From Eubacteriales bacterium (lineage in GTDB: Bacteria > Bacillota > Clostridia > Oscillospirales > CAG-382), in the NCBI GenBank assembly GCA_045532415.1, contig JAZSFY010000358.1, positions 1-25,542 of the forward strand: a stretch of 25,542 nucleotides of DNA. The letters are read 5' to 3'. This document shows positions 23,114-25,542 of this stretch, in pieces. Position 1 is the stretch's first letter, and each line of letters starts with the position of its first letter. A program made the translations under genes and the position numbers. The notes under the pieces were generated by a model, which worked only from the letters and a program-made list of their open reading frames with translations, made no database searches and was not told the DNA's origin.

Positions 23114-25306
23114 TCAGAATTTTTCCATCGTGATATTTGTATATTCCAATCCAATATCATCCAAAGCATTTTGCTCACGCTCGCCGTGAGTTAAAATGAA
23201 TATTTGATGCTTTTTAGTTGCTTCCTTCAAAGCACCTGCCATCATTCTCAAGCGTGAATCATCTATACGAACGAATGCATCATCAAGTAATATAGGAACT
23301 CCGCAGCCTCCGAAAAGCATATCCGCCAACGCAAGGCGCAGAGAAAGATATGCGCTGTCCCGTGTACCTGCCGACAGAAACTCACAGCTTCTGCGGAAAT
23401 CGGTTTCAAAGCTCATGGAAAGACGGGTATCTATCTCGAAATTATGATATTTTCCGCCTGTTGCCGCAGTAAAATATTCGTCAGCGCGTTCACCGATTCG
23501 AGGTGCAACCATGCTTTTCATATAATCGCTTGCTTCCTCGATTGTTTTTATTGCGGTTTCATAAGCCTTATGCTTAATTGAAAGCTCATATATTCTGTTA
23601 TTAAGAGCATCACGCTTGCCTACCATAACCGCAGGGTCGCCGCTTCTTGCCTCGATAGCGGCAATCTTAACCTCGTCATTTTTATTAAGCTCGGAAAGCT
23701 GATTGTATTGCTGAGTATAAAAGGCTATTTCGCGGTCAACCTTTGCTCTTTCTCTTTCAGGCTTGGTTGCTCCTCTTGCTTCCTCTGTAAGTCCAACAAC
23801 ATCAATACCCTCGCTTGCCGCCGCAAGCTCATTTTTCTTTGCGCGCCAAACTGCAAGCTTTTCTCCGCTTTCGGCAGAAGCAGAAAGAATATGCTCGATT
23901 TGCTCGCCGTAATTCTTGCCCGACACCTCGGCATATTTACCGATTTCCTCGTCAAGGGATTTTTTAAGTATTAAGCAATTGGTTCGGCTTTCGTCATAGG
24001 AGCATTGCAATGCCTCAACACGGCTTTCTGCCTCGTTGGTTCTTGCCTCAAGAGCAGGAAGGCTTAAAATCGCTTCCTTAAGCTCTCCGATATTCTTCAA
24101 GCCGTATTCCTTTGCCAAGCTGGCAGGCTTGCCAAGCAAAACACCGCCGCAGGCACCTAAAATAATCGCTATTGCCAAACACAAAAATGCGCTTGGGTTA
24201 TGATATGCAATATAAACAAATAATCCAACTACTGTGAAAAGCACAGCCGCCGCAAAGAAAAGCTTGGAATTACGCTCACAATTATGTATAAGCTTTTGCG
24301 CCTTTTTAGCTTCGGCAACATCAATTACATGAAGAGATTCGCATTCCTCCAATTCTGCCTCGGCTTCCTCTAAAAGCTCGGCAATGTTATTGCAATTTCT
24401 CTGCTCGGCAACAAGCTCGGCATTTTTAGAAGAAAGAAGTGAAAATGCACCGCCGTCTGCCTGCTGCTTTAAGCCTGCAGAGGCATGAACATATTCCTCT
24501 CGTGCAAGATTTTCCTCTACGGTCAATCTGTTAATAGTGCGTAATTTAAGAGAAGCTTCGTATTTTTCGATATTTCTTCTTTCCTCCGAAAGCTCCTTCA
24601 AGCGTTCTGCCGCATCCGAAACAGTTACCGAACGCTTCTTTATATCCTCTCTTAACTCCAAAGCCTCTTGACGAAGCTCGGTAGATTCGGTTATTTTTTC
24701 CTCAAGGCTATCTCTTTCTCTTTCCGCCTTAGGGAGCAATCCGTTTCCTGCCTTGCCCTTTATTTCATTTTTGCAATCGGTCAACCGCGAAAGCGCCTTT
24801 TTGGTACCAACCTGCTCGTCAGCACTTATCGCAATATTCCTCAATCTGTCGGCAAGTATTTCATCCTTGCTTTGAGGCACGGTAAGCTGACGAAAAAACA
24901 ATGTTCTCGCAAAAATTTCCTCGCTTACGCCGAAGAATGCTTCGCCGGGGACCTCACCTGCAAATTCGGTTTTGCCTGTCATACGGTTGGTTACGCTGAC
25001 GGTTTCCTTGCCGGAGGGAGCAAGCTTGCGGTAGATTATATAACGCTCGCCGTCGGAATTTACGGTTATACTTCCCTCAACTGTTTCGTTATCCCAAGGA
25101 GTATAAAGCCTTTTTTCGTTTTCCGAAAGGGTTTGCAATCTTGTTCCTGCAAAGCCGTAAAAAACAAATTTAATAAACGCCGCCAGGGTGGATTTACCGC
25201 TTTCGTTAGGTGCAGAAAGAATATTTATGCCCTTTTCTGCGGAAACAAAGGTGTTTTTTAGTTTACCAAAGGAGGCAACCTCTATTTTTTCAATAGTTAC
25301 ATTCAT
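23114..25306 (-). CDS. YhaN-like SMC/Rad50-type AAA ATPase with coiled coil and central hydrophobic hairpin
   Basis: FGKL, Walker A APNESGKST, a long coiled coil, signature LSAGTRD, Walker B ILLDDAF and H-loop ILTH. Confidence 0.88.
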   Translation of the reverse strand: MNVTIEKIEVASFGKLKNTFVSAEKGINILSAPNESGKSTLAAFIKFVFYGFAGTRLQTLSENEKRLYTPWDNETVEGSITVNSDGERYIIYRKLAPSGKETVSVTNRMTGKTEFAGEVPGEAFFGVSEEIFARTLFFRQLTVPQSKDEILADRLRNIAISADEQVGTKKALSRLTDCKNEIKGKAGNGLLPKAERERDSLEEKITESTELRQEALELREDIKKRSVTVSDAAERLKELSEERRNIEKYEASLKLRTINRLTVEENLAREEYVHASAGLKQQADGGAFSLLSSKNAELVAEQRNCNNIAELLEEAEAELEECESLHVIDVAEAKKAQKLIHNCERNSKLFFAAAVLFTVVGLFVYIAYHNPSAFLCLAIAIILGACGGVLLGKPASLAKEYGLKNIGELKEAILSLPALEARTNEAESRVEALQCSYDESRTNCLILKKSLDEEIGKYAEVSGKNYGEQIEHILSASAESGEKLAVWRAKKNELAAASEGIDVVGLTEEARGATKPERERAKVDREIAFYTQQYNQLSELNKNDEVKIAAIEARSGDPAVMVGKRDALNNRIYELSIKHKAYETAIKTIEEASDYMKSMVAPRIGERADEYFTAATGGKYHNFEIDTRLSMSFETDFRRSCEFLSAGTRDSAYLSLRLALADMLFGGCGVPILLDDAFVRIDDSRLRMMAGALKEATKKHQIFILTHGEREQNALDDIGLEYTNITMEKF

Positions 25307-25542
25307 ATCTTTTCACCTCCGTTATAATCTACAACGCTTCTGTCCTCTAATGCAGATATACCGTATTTCAAAGCAAGGGCAAGAACGCGGTATTCCTCAG
25401 AATCCTCGTCAAGTCCCTCCATTTGAGAAAGAAGCTTTCGGCAAAAGATTCCTTTTAGGGTGTTGCTCTTTTCAAGCTCACCTAAATTAGGCTTCAAGCG
25501 GGTTTCGTCAATTATTTCGATATAGCAGGGATATTCACATCC
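25303..25542 (-). CDS. C-terminal end of a YhaO/SbcD(Mre11)-like metallophosphoesterase (truncated by the window edge)
   Basis: The frame is open from the window edge: GCEYPCYIEIIDETRLKPNLGELEKSNTLKGIFCRKLL...ALALKYGISALE. This resembles the C-terminus of clostridial YhaO-like nucleases, and it has an ATGA overlap with the YhaN-like gene. The catalytic N-terminus is not visible. Confidence 0.65.
   Translation of the reverse strand, partial: GCEYPCYIEIIDETRLKPNLGELEKSNTLKGIFCRKLLSQMEGLDEDSEEYRVLALALKYGISALEDRSVVDYNGGEKI

Noticed and set aside
1-25542. CRISPR array, IS element, prophage or integrase
   Set aside because: I found no regularly spaced repeats and no transposase, integrase or phage genes. 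The inverted repeats outside the tRNA insert are mostly explained as terminators, and the CHAP genes have signal peptides and dockerins, unlike phage endolysins.

Overview
Chromosomal segment from a Clostridia-like (probably Oscillospirales/Ruminococcaceae-type) bacterium. This taxonomy is inferred from dockerins, consensus sigma-A promoters and gene content. From left to right: (1) the 5' part of a tRNA-Pro-like gene on the minus strand, with a perfect TTGACA-17-TATAAT promoter, whose D-loop is interrupted by a structured insertion of at least 120 nt that runs off the window edge; (2) ruvX; (3) a small protein ending in GSYTG..P.QDADDL; (4) two tandem ~1000-aa lipoproteins, each with three discoidin-like domains, a DUF4855-like barrel and an Ig-like tail; (5) an unannotated 44-aa hydrophobic ORF; (6) a psd / degenerate DUF4855-like gene / pncB operon; (7) two paralogous secreted CHAP + discoidin + dockerin cell-wall hydrolases; (8) an orphan cpsB-cpsC-cpsD tyrosine-phosphoregulatory triad with no capsule synthesis genes beside it; (9) a yhaO-like / yhaN-like / recG / dusB operon. 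I found no CRISPR array, transposase or integrase. The strongest novelty candidates are the D-loop-interrupted tRNA and the cluster of five discoidin-bearing envelope enzymes. All family assignments come from motif recognition, not database searches.
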